Source: Octopus vulgaris | Lineage: Eukaryota | DNA length: 64,000 bases | NCBI GenBank assembly: GCA_951406725.2 | Contig: OX597830.1 | Span: forward strand, 31,496,001 to 31,560,000 | Direction: 5' to 3' | Shown: piece by piece, positions 1-13,492 of the stretch | How the letters are laid out: every line of letters starts with the position of its first letter | How positions within the stretch are numbered: position 1 is the first letter of the stretch | The notes under the pieces: model-generated | Database searches by the model: none | The model's input: the letters and a program-made list of their open reading frames with translations, nothing else | Told to the model about the DNA's origin: nothing | Translations under genes and position numbers: made by a program

Positions 1-576
1 CATATATATACATATATATATATGTATGTATGTATGTATGTATATATATATATATATATATGTATATGTATATGTATATATATATATATGTGTGTGTGTG
101 TGTTTGTGTATATGCATGTATGTATGTATATATATATATGCATACGTATGTATTTATGCATAATTTTAATGTTATTTTTATTAAGTTATAATTTTTTTTC
201 CAAGAACTAAGAATAAAAATAGATTATTCTTTCAAAATCTAATCTGCGGCTATTGGGGAATTTTTATAGAAAGTTCTCTTATTCTTCTTTCAGAAATGAA
301 AATGCTCTTCATTAGCTATTGATAAATAAACAATATTTTTAGTGGTGCGTGAGATATATAGAGACTAAAATTAGTGCCTTTAAACTCTCAAATTGAAACA
401 GGCGCTGTACTTTTTGCTATACGAGTCAAAATTTTCAAACAAAAAATTACTGCCAAGAAAGATAGGTCGTCGACTTATATAGCAAGATGACTTTGAAGGA
501 CAATAAATTCCATGTGAACTGCAGCAAGATTTGGAAAGACAGAGACAATGTTTGAGTGTTTACACCACATGTTTAC

Positions 577-876
577 AAATTGTTTGTTTGTTCCTTCTCG
601 AGCCATTCCTGGTTCATAAGGGCCGGTTACCCCGGTTTCCTTGGCACATAGGTTCCCCACCTGCGACGGGACGCCGGTCCGTCGCAGGTGAGCTGCAAGA
701 TTCAGGAGGAAAGAGCGAGAGAAAGAGTCAGCAGAAGTTCGCCAATACTTTCTGCCGGAGCCGCGTAGAGCTTAGGTGTTTCGCTCATAAACACACACAT
801 CGCCCGGTCTGAGATTCGAACCCGCGATCCCTCGACAGCGAGTCCGGTGCTCTAACCACTAGACCATGTGCCTCCA
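577..876 (-). mobile_element. tRNA(Arg)-like-head SINE (family C here)
   Basis: Minus strand starts GGAGGCACATGGTCTAGTGGTTAGAGCACCGGACTCGCTGTCGAGGGATCGCGGGTTCGAATCTC, with Pol III A and B boxes and a TCG anticodon-like loop. Related heads at 16234(-) and 55857(+). Confidence 0.85.
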
Positions 877-943
877 TGTTTACACATGTAGATTTGTATA
901 CAGAAAAATACTTTAAAAGGAATAAATTTTCAGTTGGACTTAC

Positions 944-1054
944 CTTGAAGCATTTTGTTTAGAGAAAGTCTCCCAGTGTCATCATAGTAAAGAATATCTC
1001 TCAATTACCAGTTTGATAATATGTCACAATATCAGTTCCAGTGGGTGACACAGT
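944..1054 (-). other. Candidate spliced exon (111 nt), mostly 5'UTR, possibly carrying the start codon (ATG at 953-951, M-L-Q then phase-1 intron)
   Basis: Minus strand has a strong acceptor tctttatctctcttttcacag|ACTG at 1055 and a perfect donor AAG|GTAAGT at 943. Sequence is unique. All three frames contain stops, but ACAAAATG (invertebrate Kozak-like) lies 10 nt before the donor. Confidence 0.6.
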
Positions 1055-1297
1055 CTGTGAAAAGAGAGATAAAGATTGTTAAAAATATGAAAAAGAGGTA
1101 AATGTCGAAACTTCATCTAAATATCATCTGGGGCAGCATTTCTCAAGAATTTTTTTGCTTTTTTTTTGAGTGCCAAACGGTCAGAAACTTAAAAAAGAAG
1201 TTCAGTGTAATGGAAACTGGATAACACAGCTGAGTGATGGAATGAAGTAAAATCCTTAACTTAGAATGATGTTTGGAAAAAGATATGATCAGACACA

Positions 1298-1923
1298 TAG
1301 GTGTAGGAGTGACTGTGTGGTAAGTAGCTTGCTTACCAACCACATGGTTCCGGGTTCAGTCCTACTGTGTGGCACCTTGGCCGAGTGTCTTCTACTATAG
1401 CCTCGGGCCAACCAAAGCCTTGTGAGTGAATTTGGTAGACGGAAACGGAAAGAAGCCCATCATATATATGTATATGTATATATATTTCTTTATTGCCCAC
1501 AAGGGGCTAAACATAGAGGGGATAAGCAAGGACAGACAAAGGGATTAAGTCGATTACATCGACCCCAGTCCGTAACTGGTACTTAATTTATCGACCCCGA
1601 AAGGATGAAATCCAAGTCGACCTCAGCGGAATTTGAACTCAGAACGTAACGGCAGACGAAATACGGCTACGCATTTCACCCGGCGTGCTAACGTTTCTGC
1701 CAGCTCGCCGCCTTTATGTATATGTATATATGTGTGTTTGTGTGTCTGTGTTTGTCCCCCACCAACATCGCTTGACAACCGATGCTGGTGTGTTTACATC
1801 CCCGTAACTTAGCGGTTCAGCAAAAGAGACCGATAGTATAAGTACTAGGCTTACAAAGATTTGCTCGACTAAAGGCGGTGCTCCAGCATGGCCGTAGTCA
1901 AATGACTGAAGGAAGTAATAAGA
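1298..1923 (+). mobile_element. Abundant SINE (family A) with internal (TA/TG)n tract, interrupted by a nested family-B SINE
   Basis: Head ggtgtaggagtgactgtgtggtaagtagc...gggttcagtcc, body ...tttggtagacggaaac, tail ...gctccagcatggccgtagtcaaatgactgaa. More than 10 similar copies in the window. Confidence 0.9.
1484..1713 (-). mobile_element. SINE family B (Meta-domain-like body) with Tx1-like tail, nested in the (TA)n of a family-A SINE
   Basis: Minus strand GGCGGCGAGCTGGCAGAAACGTTAGC...GAGTTCAAATTCC...TTTCATCCTTTCGGGGTCGATAAATTAAGTACCAG...GCCCCTTGTGGGCAATAAAGAAATA. Confidence 0.9.
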
Positions 1924-2535
1924 GACAGTATCTGATACTTTACAAGTTTTCCACAAACAGGAAGTCTACGCAAAATTCTGAAAGCTATTGTGTGACAAAT
2001 GTAAATGGTATAGGGTTTGAAGAAATTTTAGCGGGGTGTGTAGCTGAGTTACTAGGGTCACATAAAGATAATATATCTTATGAAGCGCCCACTTAAATTG
2101 ACTGCAAAGAATATTGTTGCGCCAAGACGTCTCATATACCCTCAAGAGCAAATTGAAAATGCAACTGAGATTACAAAAATTTCCTTGACCCCACTTAAAT
2201 TGACTGCAAAGAATATTGTTAAAGAGCTGGAACTTATAAAGATAAGTCTGTGAGTTTGTACCAACAATGGGCCAAAATGATCTCAGTTCCTATGAGTTGT
2301 ACAAATAGATGATTCACCATAAACATTGAAAGTTATTCACTTCTCAGGCAAGAAGTCATAAGGCTCTTTCTCAGTTTCCCCTTCTGCAGGTTCCATTAAT
2401 GCATGCACGCAGAAATATACACATGCAGATAGAGAGAGAAAGACATGACAATGTCTTAATTGAATACGATTGAAATAAACAGTTTCCATCTCCTCATATG
2501 CATAAATAGAAACATGACCACACACATAAAGAGGT

Positions 2536-2972
2536 CATCATCATCATCATTGTTCGACCGTGGTCGAGACAATGGAATTTACTATGTTACGCCAGACTTC
2601 ACGGTCCATCAAAGCATTACGGAGTTCCTGTTACTGGATGCCTGTATCCCTGGAGATTACATCAGGGTACGAGAGTGTGCGCCCTCTGGTATCGCGAGTA
2701 GATGACTTCCAGAGGAGAAGAGTAATAATTGCCTCGTTTTCAGCTCTAAAACAATGTCCAGCAAACTGGACTCTCCTACCTTTCACAAGAGATGACACAG
2801 GTGGTAGTTTCCCATATATTTGCATTTTGGTTGGATGATGCTTCCACGAGAGATTTTGAGCTCTCATAAGGAGGTGAGTGTAGGTTCCATCCAATCGCCT
2901 CTCAAGCTTCTTTGATAACGTCCACGTTTCTGAGCCATATAGTAGAATTGATTCGACCGTGGCTTTAAAGAA
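2536..2972 (-). mobile_element. 5'-truncated RTE-clade LINE (ORF C-terminus plus (TGA)n tail)
   Basis: Translation ...VESILLYGSETWTLSKK...RRVQFAGHCFR... carries the RTE-type LLYGxETW and GH motifs. One in-frame stop near 2631, then reading continues into a (TGA)n tail. Confidence 0.9.
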
Positions 2973-3252
2973 GTAGAGAGAATGAGAGAGCGAGAAAAGC
3001 ATTAAAACGATTGATGTCAATTAAGCCAGTGTCGCCAAAACGGTTGCGCCAAGACGTCTCATATACCCCGTACATATTTCTCTCCAAGGAAGTTTTGATT
3101 TTATTTTTCACAGTCTCTTGCAATCTGAAATACTTCACAATTCTGAACCTCCCAAATGGAACATTGGCAGACATTTTATTTTTGGTTTCTCCTCCTGCTG
3201 AAGATATGTGACATCTAGTGAAAATCATGAGTTTGTGTCTCAGAGCAGTATT

Positions 3253-3642
3253 CGTTTACTCTTTTACTTGTTTCAGTCATTTGACTGCAGCTATGCTGGA
3301 GCACCGCCTTGAACGGCTTTATTCAAACAAATCGACCCCAGAACTAATCTTTTTAAAATTTAGTGCTTATTCTGTCTGTCTCTTCTGCCGAACCGCTACG
3401 TTATGAGGACGTTAACACTGGTTGTCAGACAGTGATGGTGGGGAACAAACACAGACACAAATATATATAGTTATGTACGGCGGGTTTCTTTCAGTTTCCA
3501 TCTACCAAATCCACTCTCAAGGCTTTGGTCAACCTGAGACTATAGCAGAAGGCACTTGCCCAAAGTGCTATCCAGTGAGATTGAAACTGAAACCATGTGA
3601 TTGAGAAGCCAGCTTCATACCACACAGCCACGCCTGCGCCTA
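3253..3642 (-). mobile_element. SINE family A
   Basis: Reverse complement of the family-A head, body and ...gtaaaagagtaaa tail. Confidence 0.85.
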
Positions 3643-3979
3643 CAAGACAATCCGCTCAATCCGACGGTGTAAGTAAGATGCTGATTTTAAAGGATCATAT
3701 TCTATCAGATGTCCATATATTGGAAAATTTGCTGTCAACTGACCATATCATTGTTTCCAGGTAAGAAGAAATAGTTTTCAAAACGATTATTTAATCCCAG
3801 GTGAACTGTAATCAAACAAACTTATGAATAATTCAAAACTATCAAGGCATGCATGACCATCCTGTTCTTTACCAAGGCATTACATATCTAAGAATATATT
3901 GACTAATATGACCTTCATTTTTCACGACGTTATAAGATATTTGGTTGCTATTCCTAACATGTCAAGTGACCACATAGGG

Positions 3980-4111
3980 GAGGCTTGGGCAACATTTTTC
4001 GAGAAGCGGGCCGGATGAGACATAACTCATCATGAGGCGATTCACAATACTTAAATGGAATTCCAAGGTAAATTCAAGGCAAGCCTACTGGTCGAAATTT
4101 GCCCATGACTG
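3980..4111. mobile_element. Short hAT-type MITE
   Basis: Imperfect TIRs GAGGCTTGGGCAA / TTGCCCATGACTG. Flanking 8-mers acataggg / acatagtg match 7/8, consistent with a hAT-sized TSD. Confidence 0.55.
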
Positions 4112-4490
4112 ACATAGTGACTAATAGTTTTAATAAGAACTGAGAATTAACAAGAGTTTCTATTTAGAACCAACGTTTTGTTCAGCTTTGAGAAAGTGGA
4201 ACTGATTCTCTTTGTTTTAAATGAGAAAACGGGACATTGATGAAACCTTACGAATGACATGATGTATGAGGAGAGGTGGGGATGGTGGTGGAAACGATGG
4301 CAGTGGTGATGTATTTCAGAGTTGTGCGCGGGGGTGGAGGGGGGGACAAGAAGACCCTTATGTAAAGCGTTTAGGGGACTGAAGGTGATAGTTCTATTTG
4401 GTAGACTTTAAGACTAAATCTCTACTTTTGAGATGACCTTAAGCGCAAAACGGAAAACGGAGTAAAAATGTAATAATATGTATGTATGCA

Positions 4491-4954
<464 letters not shown>

Positions 4955-5453
4955 GGGTAGGTTGGAGGAAAAGAGAAAGCGTAATAAGAAAGGAGGAGTG
5001 AAGTTAAAGTAAGAGTGGTGGTCAGCGGCTGATAGACAGAGACAGAGCGCAAAGAATGAGACAGACAATGGAGAGGATAAATGGTGATTAAACTCTGCCA
5101 ACTGTGCAGATCAGGACTGGTTTGTAAGCGGGGGGAACGGGTGGGGGGAGGAGGAAGCGTGAGTGAGTGAGTGGGAGGTGGGTGGGTGGCGGTGTAGAGA
5201 GAAAAGCAAGGAACGAAGAAAATACTTATAGGATTAAAGTTGGCTTTGAAGGACAGTAATTAACTGTCTAATTAGGAGTATTAACATAGCAAATGAGATA
5301 CAATCAAAGCTCATTAAGGCATCCTGATTACACTAGCAGATCTCTCTACATCTCGTTAGGACTAACGAGCTTTCCAGTGATTAAATCAGTGTTCGCTGAT
5401 AAATATTTTTTTTTTTTATAATTCCTCCTCCGCCTACCACTCCTATTATCATC

Positions 5454-5550
<97 letters not shown>

Positions 5551-5666
5551 ATTGTTTGTTATTGTTGTTAGTAAGTTCTACATTTTGTTGTTTTTTGGGA
5601 TCTTTCTGTCTTTTTTTCCTTACCTAAGTCTCTTTCATTATAAACCTAGAAGTGTGAACGTAAGAG

Positions 5667-5724
<58 letters not shown>

Positions 5725-5992
5725 CATACATACGTACTACATAAACACACAGACACACACACATATATATGTATATATATATAGATGCACACACATGCAT
5801 ACAGATACACACACGCACACATACATATACCTGTATATGCGCACGTATTTGTATACATATATATATATACATACATACGTATGCATATATTTATTTTTTT
5901 TGTTTTTGTTATGTTGCCATTTTAGAATTATTTATATAACCACTCCTTAAAATATGTCACATCTATGTACAAAATGGCGTATAACTGCGTGC

Positions 5993-6044
<52 letters not shown>

Positions 6045-6092
6045 TGTGAGTGTGTAAGCCAGTGTTTGCAAGCATGTATGTCTATTTGTTCG

Positions 6093-6183
<91 letters not shown>

Positions 6184-6297
6184 TATCGACGCATATTTGC
6201 CATTTGAATATGGCTAACCCCTAAGGGTGGATGCTACTGTAGTTTGTAGCCCCAGGAAGATATCTCCTCCAGCTGGCCATAGACACACTATATGTGT

Positions 6298-6356
<59 letters not shown>

Positions 6357-6738
6357 ATACATACAAACATATTTGTACATAGACATACATATACACATAT
6401 GTATATGTACGTTTGTATGTATATACACACACATACACACACACGCAACAAATACTCACACATGTACATCCATAGACATATTACACATTAATAAAATGAG
6501 GTAAGCAACACTTCGGCCTGCTTCTGTTTTTCAGTTATAAAACATTGCTTGTCGTCTTTTTTTTGTTTTCTTTCTTCTTTAACAATACTTGCCATGCAAA
6601 AGGCACTCGTCAATGTTCCTCTTTAACTTCCCCTGTGCCGTGAAATGAAAGAGAATCGAGACCCACTAAGCGAAGAATGTAACCAATTAAAAACAAAAAC
6701 AACCCAAGTACGAAGAAACTAGCAACGCTGAGGGTGAA

Positions 6739-6795
<57 letters not shown>

Positions 6796-6903
6796 TTGGT
6801 GGTGGTGGTGGTATATGTGCCCTCTTGAGGGTGCTTACGGCTTTTAGGGGACCAGATTATGATCCATGTAAAGTGCGGTTTGTTGTCAATTGATATAAAT
6901 ATT

Positions 6904-7507
6904 TATTTCTTTATTGCCCACAAGAGGCTAAACAGAAGGAACAAACAAAGACAGGCAAAGGGATCAAGTCAATTATATCGACCCCAGTGCGTAACTGGTA
7001 CATATTTAATTGACTCTGAAAGGATAAAAGGCAAAGTCAACCTCGGCGGAATTTGAACCCAGAACGTAGCGGCAGACGAAATACCTATTTCTTTACTACC
7101 TACAAGGGGCTAAACACAGAGAGGACAAACAAACAAGGACAGACAAACGGATTGAGTGGATTATATCGACCCCAGTGCGTAACTGGTACTTATTTAATCG
7201 ACCCTGAAAGGATGAAAGGCAAAGTCAACCTCGACGGAATTTAAACTCAGAACGTAGCGGAAGACGAAATACCTATTTCTTTACTACTCACAAAGGGCTA
7301 AACACAGAGAGGACAAACAAATAATGGCAGACAAACGGATTAAGTCGATTATATCGACCCCAGTGCGTAACTGGTACTTATTTAATCGACCCCTAAGGGA
7401 GGAAAGGCAAAGTCGACCTCAGCGGAATTTGAACTCAGAACGTAGCGGCAGACGAAATACCGCTAAGCATTTTGCCCGGCCTGCTAAGGGTTCTGCCAGT
7501 TCGCTGC
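6904..7507 (-). mobile_element. Head-to-tail trimer of SINE family B
   Basis: Full unit 7507-7274, then head-truncated units 7273-7086 and 7085-6904. Both junctions read ...AAAGAAATA|GGTATTTCGTC on the minus strand. Confidence 0.9.
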
Positions 7508-7764
7508 CTAATTGATATATTGTTAGAGCCCAGTACTTTGATTTGTCTAGTATCCTGTTATGTTGCTCAGACAGATCCTGGTGGAGGTAGTAGTAGTGGT
7601 GGTGGTGGTCTACATTGGCAAACATTCTACGGCACAGTATATAAGTCTTGGATAAGGAGAAGTTTCTAGGCTCTCAGGAGAAGAGGAAGCTAAAATTTTG
7701 TTGATGACCTTATTTGGAAAAAAAAAATTTATTTTGTATATTCTTGCTAGAAGTTTATTCTTAA

Positions 7765-8435
7765 ACAAAGAGTCGACTCAGGTGAAGAGCCAATCCCAAG
7801 CGGAGAGTTAATCCCAGAGGGAGAGTCAATCTCAGACGAAGAGTCAAACCCGGGCGAAGGGTCAATCTCAGGCAGAAAGTCAATCTCAGGCAAAGAGTCA
7901 CTCTCAAGCGAAGAATCAGTCTCAGGCAGAGTCAATCTCCGGCAAAGAATCAATCCCAGACGGAGAGGTAATCTCAGGCAAAGAAAGAATCAACCACAGA
8001 CGAAGAGTCAATCTCCGGCGAAGAGTCAAACTCAGGTGAAGAGTCACTCTCAGGCAAAGAACCAATATCCAGCAAAGCATCAATCTCCGGCAAAGAGTCA
8101 ATCTCAGGCGAAGAGTTACTCTCAAGCGAAGAATCATTCTCAGGAGAAGATTCAATCTCCGGCAAGAGTCACTCTCAAGTGAAGAATCAATCTTAGGCGA
8201 AGAGTCAATCTCCGGCAAAGAATCAGTTCCAGGCGGAGAGTTAATCTCGGGTAAAGAAAGAGTCAATCTCAGACGAAGAGTCAATCTCTGGCGAAGAGTC
8301 AATCTCAAACGAAGAGTCATTCTCAAGCGAAGAACCAATCTCCAGCAAAAAGTCAATCTCTGGCGAAGGGTCAGTCTCAGACGGAGAGTAAATCTCAGGC
8401 GAAGAATTAATCAGAGACGGGGAGTCAATCAGGCA
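7765..8435. repeat. 18-bp minisatellite (consensus GAAGAGTCAATCTCAGGC), about 36 copies, with a ~273-bp higher-order period
   Basis: Period is directly visible. The shared insertion aaagaaag recurs at 7980 and 8253. Confidence 0.9.
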
Positions 8436-9197
8436 CTCATAAATGCCCGATCTTTTTCTCTGTGGCATTCAGACTTACCAAATCTCATAATCTATTTACG
8501 ATCCAATGAGTCTTTATTTTTTTATCTTCAAGACAGTCGATTGTACATTAATGCTTTGATATACAGAAAGAGGATTATATAATACTGCATAAACCCTCGT
8601 CAGTTACAAAGATTATTCAATCATTTACGTCTTGTATCATTTGGTGTATCTCTGTGGTCTGCACTCATTTAACGAAGTTTATCACGTCAAATCATTCCCT
8701 TGGCATTTTCTGCAGTTGGGGTACAAGATATTATTTCTGCCTAATCTTTTCCACCCCTTTCGGGCATGGCCACACGAGCAAGTGTCTTCTACTATAGTCT
8801 CGGGCCGACCAAAGGTTTGTGAGTGGATTTGGTCGACAGAAACTGAAAGAAGCCCGGCGGCGGCGATGTTAACGATACTGTAATGATAGTCTGTCATATT
8901 TCGTAGTTTCGGTTCCTGATTCTGCAGACTTATGATCAAAGAGACTTCCAGCTGTGATTATTCCGTTTGTCACTTTGTATATTTAGAGCAACTTTGTCCC
9001 ATGTGTCATTCAATTTTGCAAGTACGATACGAAGTGACTTTGAGGGAGAATTTAGTTGCTATTTCATCATGTCGAATAGAGCTATACACAAAGACATTCC
9101 AGCCACAACGCTCGTTCTTTTTTTTTTTTGGTGGGGGTGCGAGGGACAGTGTCCTTCCTTTACCTAGAGAATAGGGTGAAATTTCAAGGAATTTGAC

Positions 9198-9560
9198 TGT
9201 TAAGCTAAGTTAAGTTAATTTTTTTGCTCATAAAGCAAAAAGCAAGGCCATGTAGGGGGGACATGGAGTTATGTACAGGGGTGTTCATGCAAAGAGTTCA
9301 GGCCATTTGTGGTCAAGAGAGACTTTGAACCGAGCGGTCGTCGGCATCTTCACTATCTCGTCTGGCAGCTTATTCCACGGATCCGCAACCCGGACGGAGA
9401 AGGTCCCTCTCCTTCGATTGAGATGAAATCGTCGCAGATAGAGCTTTTCGGAGTGACCCCGCAGCCTACGCTCTGGAGCAGGAATGAAGAACTGAGGGCT
9501 TCGAAATGGTTTCTTTTCAAAAAGGTACACATTTGACAATGTAGTCTGCCATACACTGTG
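9198..9560 (-). mobile_element. 5'-truncated CR1-clade LINE
   Basis: ...LRGHSEKLYLRRFHLNRRRGTFSVRVADPWNKLPDEIVKMPTTARFKVSLD... matches the CR1 ORF2 C-terminal pattern (RGH.KL / FS.RV..WN.LP / FK..LD). Ends in a (TTAAC)-like repeat tail. Confidence 0.9.
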
Positions 9561-10159
9561 TCTGTAGGGTCCTGAGAAAGTGGCGAGGATTTGATCGGGT
9601 AAAATGATAAATTTTGAAAGATCGCTAAAAGAAGAAGAAAGAATTTCTAAAGCCTTGGACAAAGGCCCTGATTGTAGTCCAAGAGACACTATGCTTTCTC
9701 GCCACCCACCACCATAAAAAGACAGATTTGTTATGGTTGGAACGAACGTTATCCTTAAGTTTATTAGATCAAGACTAACCTGGTATTAAACAACCGCAAG
9801 GGAAAAAAAGCTTCTTCACAGCATCACTGCATCCCCAGCATCCCGGCGCAGCCAGCTTCTACTACCATTTCTTTTTTCACCGTCATCATCATCATCATTA
9901 TCATCATAAACATCGTAATGACGATACCAGCCCTTATCTCTCACCCCGTACCACATCTCTGATATCAGACCAAACTCCCCACTGACTTCGAAACAGAGAC
10001 CACATGTTCTATGTCCTAAATACAGAGCATGGCGTGCCTTGTTTAACAAACATAAATTTGTTTATATAATATTCTCTTGTTACCTCTCTACACCACCCTC
10101 TCGCCATCTCTCTTTCTCTCTCTCTCTCTTTCCCACCCCCTTTGTGTGTGCGTGGGACT

Positions 10160-10277
10160 ATGTATATATATATATGTTTATATATATATATGTGTGTGTG
10201 TGTATGCATATATATATATGTATATATATGCATATATATATGTATGTATATATATATATATGTATATAATATATTGC

Positions 10278-10310
<33 letters not shown>

Positions 10311-10374
10311 CATGCATACGTACATACATATATATACATATGTATATGCATATAGGACTATGTCTATACGCATA

Positions 10375-10428
<54 letters not shown>

Positions 10429-10791
10429 CATATATACACACACACAAGTGTGTGTATGTGTGTATAATGTAATAATTTTTGTAATTGTTGTTACTGTTGT
10501 AATCGTGTTGTTTTAGCTGTTCTTTAAATGTCAGGTAAACAAGATGTTTAGATGTCTTTGGCATTCTGAGTAAGAATTCGGTAATTGGATGTCTTTTAAT
10601 TACTATCCAGCTAACATCAGGTTGAAGTCGGGCTAAAATAGAATAATATAGCTGTGATGACGACAACAACGACGAGGTTGTCGACGACGACGACGGCGAT
10701 GATAAAAGAGTATGATGATATAAATGATGATGATGGTGATGAAGATGAGGATGACGACGATGATGACTATGATGATTAAGACTTGGTAATA

Positions 10792-10826
<35 letters not shown>

Positions 10827-10949
10827 AATGACGTATATGAATTACTATTTCTGCATATCTGATTTCTTAACACCACATTCTCCAAATTAAAGCAAAAGCT
10901 CGCCTCAAATGCAACGTGTGTAAGTGCGCGCGCGCGTGACTGTGTGTGC

Positions 10950-11030
<81 letters not shown>
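10160..11030. repeat. (TA)n/(TATG)n and (GAT)n microsatellite tracts
   Basis: Directly visible. Confidence 0.9.
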
Positions 11031-11036
<6 letters not shown>

Positions 11037-11212
11037 TATGTCTACATATACAAACGTTTTTATGTAAATGTGTGTGATATGTAAGTGTGAAGTGTATGTG
11101 TGTGTGTGTTGACATCATAAGAACGTTTTAAACTTTTGAGAGAACGTGAAATAATCCTTTTTTGGAGCATGTGATCCTGAAGAACATCACGTAAAGCTAT
11201 AAATCCAAGCAT

Positions 11213-11252
<40 letters not shown>

Positions 11253-11410
11253 CCAAGCAGACATAGAAACGGACACAGACACATATAACGGGCATCATTC
11301 AGTTTCTGTCAGTCAAATTCTCTCAACACGTCAGTTTCATCAGTCTTAGAATTCTTGCAGGGGATAGATATGGAGTTTGTCTCTTCATCAAAATTCAGTC
11401 AGTAAAATAG

Positions 11411-11748
11411 TCATCCCCTCAAAGGCAATCGCCTTCGGAAAACATTATAGTTTATAGTTTTAATTTCTGGCTTGACAATGATAATGTGCTTCAACCATGC
11501 GCTGGACTAACTAGACACAAATTCAAGACATGTTTTTATCAACATATCCATTCCTTTAGGTATCAAAAGTAGAGATTTTTAGATAGAGTTGCCCGATTTT
11601 GTTTTTGAAAGAATGAAATCTATGTTTAAAATAAAGTGAAATTTTCTAGAACAAGCTGCACTGCTGACAAATGAATATTTTCATTCAAAATTTAAACAGC
11701 GTTTAAGCTTATAATTTCATTTCAAGAAAATGCATCGACGGAAACATC
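11411..11748 (+). mobile_element. Highly decayed Penelope-like GIY-YIG endonuclease remnant
   Basis: Frameshifted pieces HPLKGNRL, AGLTRHKFKTCFYQHIHSFRY, KIK*NFLEQA and HRRKH follow, in order, the pattern CPLxGxC...YIGxT..FKxR..H..SF...IxW.I...CRH of PLE endonucleases. Confidence 0.6.
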
Positions 11749-12008
11749 CGAATAATTAAGTTCTTAGAGACATGCTTCTAAATAATGTGATCGACTTTCA
11801 TTGTTGTGTAAGCAATCGTACCTCTCACCATTATGCTTTTGGCTTATTCCCGTCTCCTTACAATAAAGAATTAAACTATTTCAATTTATACTTTCGAATT
11901 ATTTCCATTGCATGGATTGGCTATCCTGCATACAAGTGTAAATATACACATACGTCAGTACATACATACATATATACACATACATGATGTGTATACACAC
12001 ACACACAC

Positions 12009-12071
<63 letters not shown>

Positions 12072-12478
12072 GACACGTACATATACATACATACACACAC
12101 ACATATGTGTGTGTGAGCATTTGTAGGAACGTGATGTAAGATAATAGAGAAATTGACGTACAGGAAATAACTTGTCTGTATGGATATAGGTACGTGTGCA
12201 AGCGTGTGTGTGTATATGTGTGTGTGCTTAGGTGTTATATATATTGATCAAGGGTGCGGGTATATATATATATATATGAATGCATCTATGTGTATGTAAG
12301 TGAAAGAGAGAGGGAGAAGGAGAGAGGGGCTGGGGAAACGAGAAGGCGAGTGACCATCGATGGCTATATATATATATATAAGATATAAGGATGAGATGAT
12401 ATATATATATATATATATATTTGTATAGGTGTATAGATGTATATATGTGTGTGTGAGCAGAAGAGATCATATGCGGGT

Positions 12479-12524
<46 letters not shown>

Positions 12525-12701
12525 GAGAGAGGAAGAGAGACAGACAGACAGACAGAGACCCAGTGTGAGCATCTATACATGTACAAACACAAAAAAGGAG
12601 AGCAAAATGTGTGTGCATATATATGTATACTTAAAAGAGATAGCATTTGTAAGTGTACATGTGTGTACAGACGGAAGACCAAATAAGTGTGTATGTGTGT
12701 A

Positions 12702-12759
<58 letters not shown>

Positions 12760-13153
12760 GTATGTAAGTATATATGTATATATATAACTGTATATGTTAT
12801 GTGAGCTGTGTGTGCCTGTGAAACTGTATGTGTGCATGAGTATATGTGTGTATGTGTGTAGGATAACAGGATTTAGCCAAAATATTTTTTTTTGAATATG
12901 TGGACAGGAAGTTTTGTGGTTCATTAGACAGGAAACATCTGTAACTTCCCTTCTCTCACCGCCCCGCCCATCTATCCTCCTCCCTCACTGTTTCTCTCTT
13001 TTTCATCTTCTTCGTCTCCGACTTTCTTCCCCCCCCCATTTAACCCTCACTTTTTCTTTCCAATGTATTTACCTAAATGAACAATTTTAAATATGCACGT
13101 ATCCTATTACACACACAAATACACATACATACATACACACATACATACATACA

Positions 13154-13187
<34 letters not shown>

Positions 13188-13421
13188 CATACATACATAC
13201 ATACATATATATACACACATGTATATATGTATGTGTGTGTATTACAGACTTAAACGTATATTCAACACGGTCTTTTACGCGTGTACAGACATATATACAC
13301 ACATACATATAGGTATATTTACAAAGTTACACATGACATAAGCTAATATACATGTATAGTTACAGCTCGTCATGTTTCCGTGAGCAACACGGTAGTCAGA
13401 GACATTTTTATAAAGAATTAT

Positions 13422-13492
<71 letters not shown>

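Noticed and set aside
800-876. tRNA-Arg gene (also 15111, 16160-16234, 55857)
   Set aside because: These are SINE heads: no proper acceptor stem, and each continues into a SINE body.
2088-3068. Short direct repeats (cccacttaaattgactgcaaagaatattgtt x2; ttgcgccaagacgtctcatataccc x2)
   Set aside because: Likely pieces of an old DNA element or local duplication. They do not abut the RTE as a TSD and cannot be classified.
7765-8435. CRISPR-like array or intact PEIDSS repeat protein
   Set aside because: There are no unique spacers, the context is eukaryotic, and the reading frame is broken by several indels.
8474-8712. Minus-strand exon ending at a GTAAGT donor near 8479
   Set aside because: Weak acceptor, the nearby ATG closes after four codons, and there is no other support.
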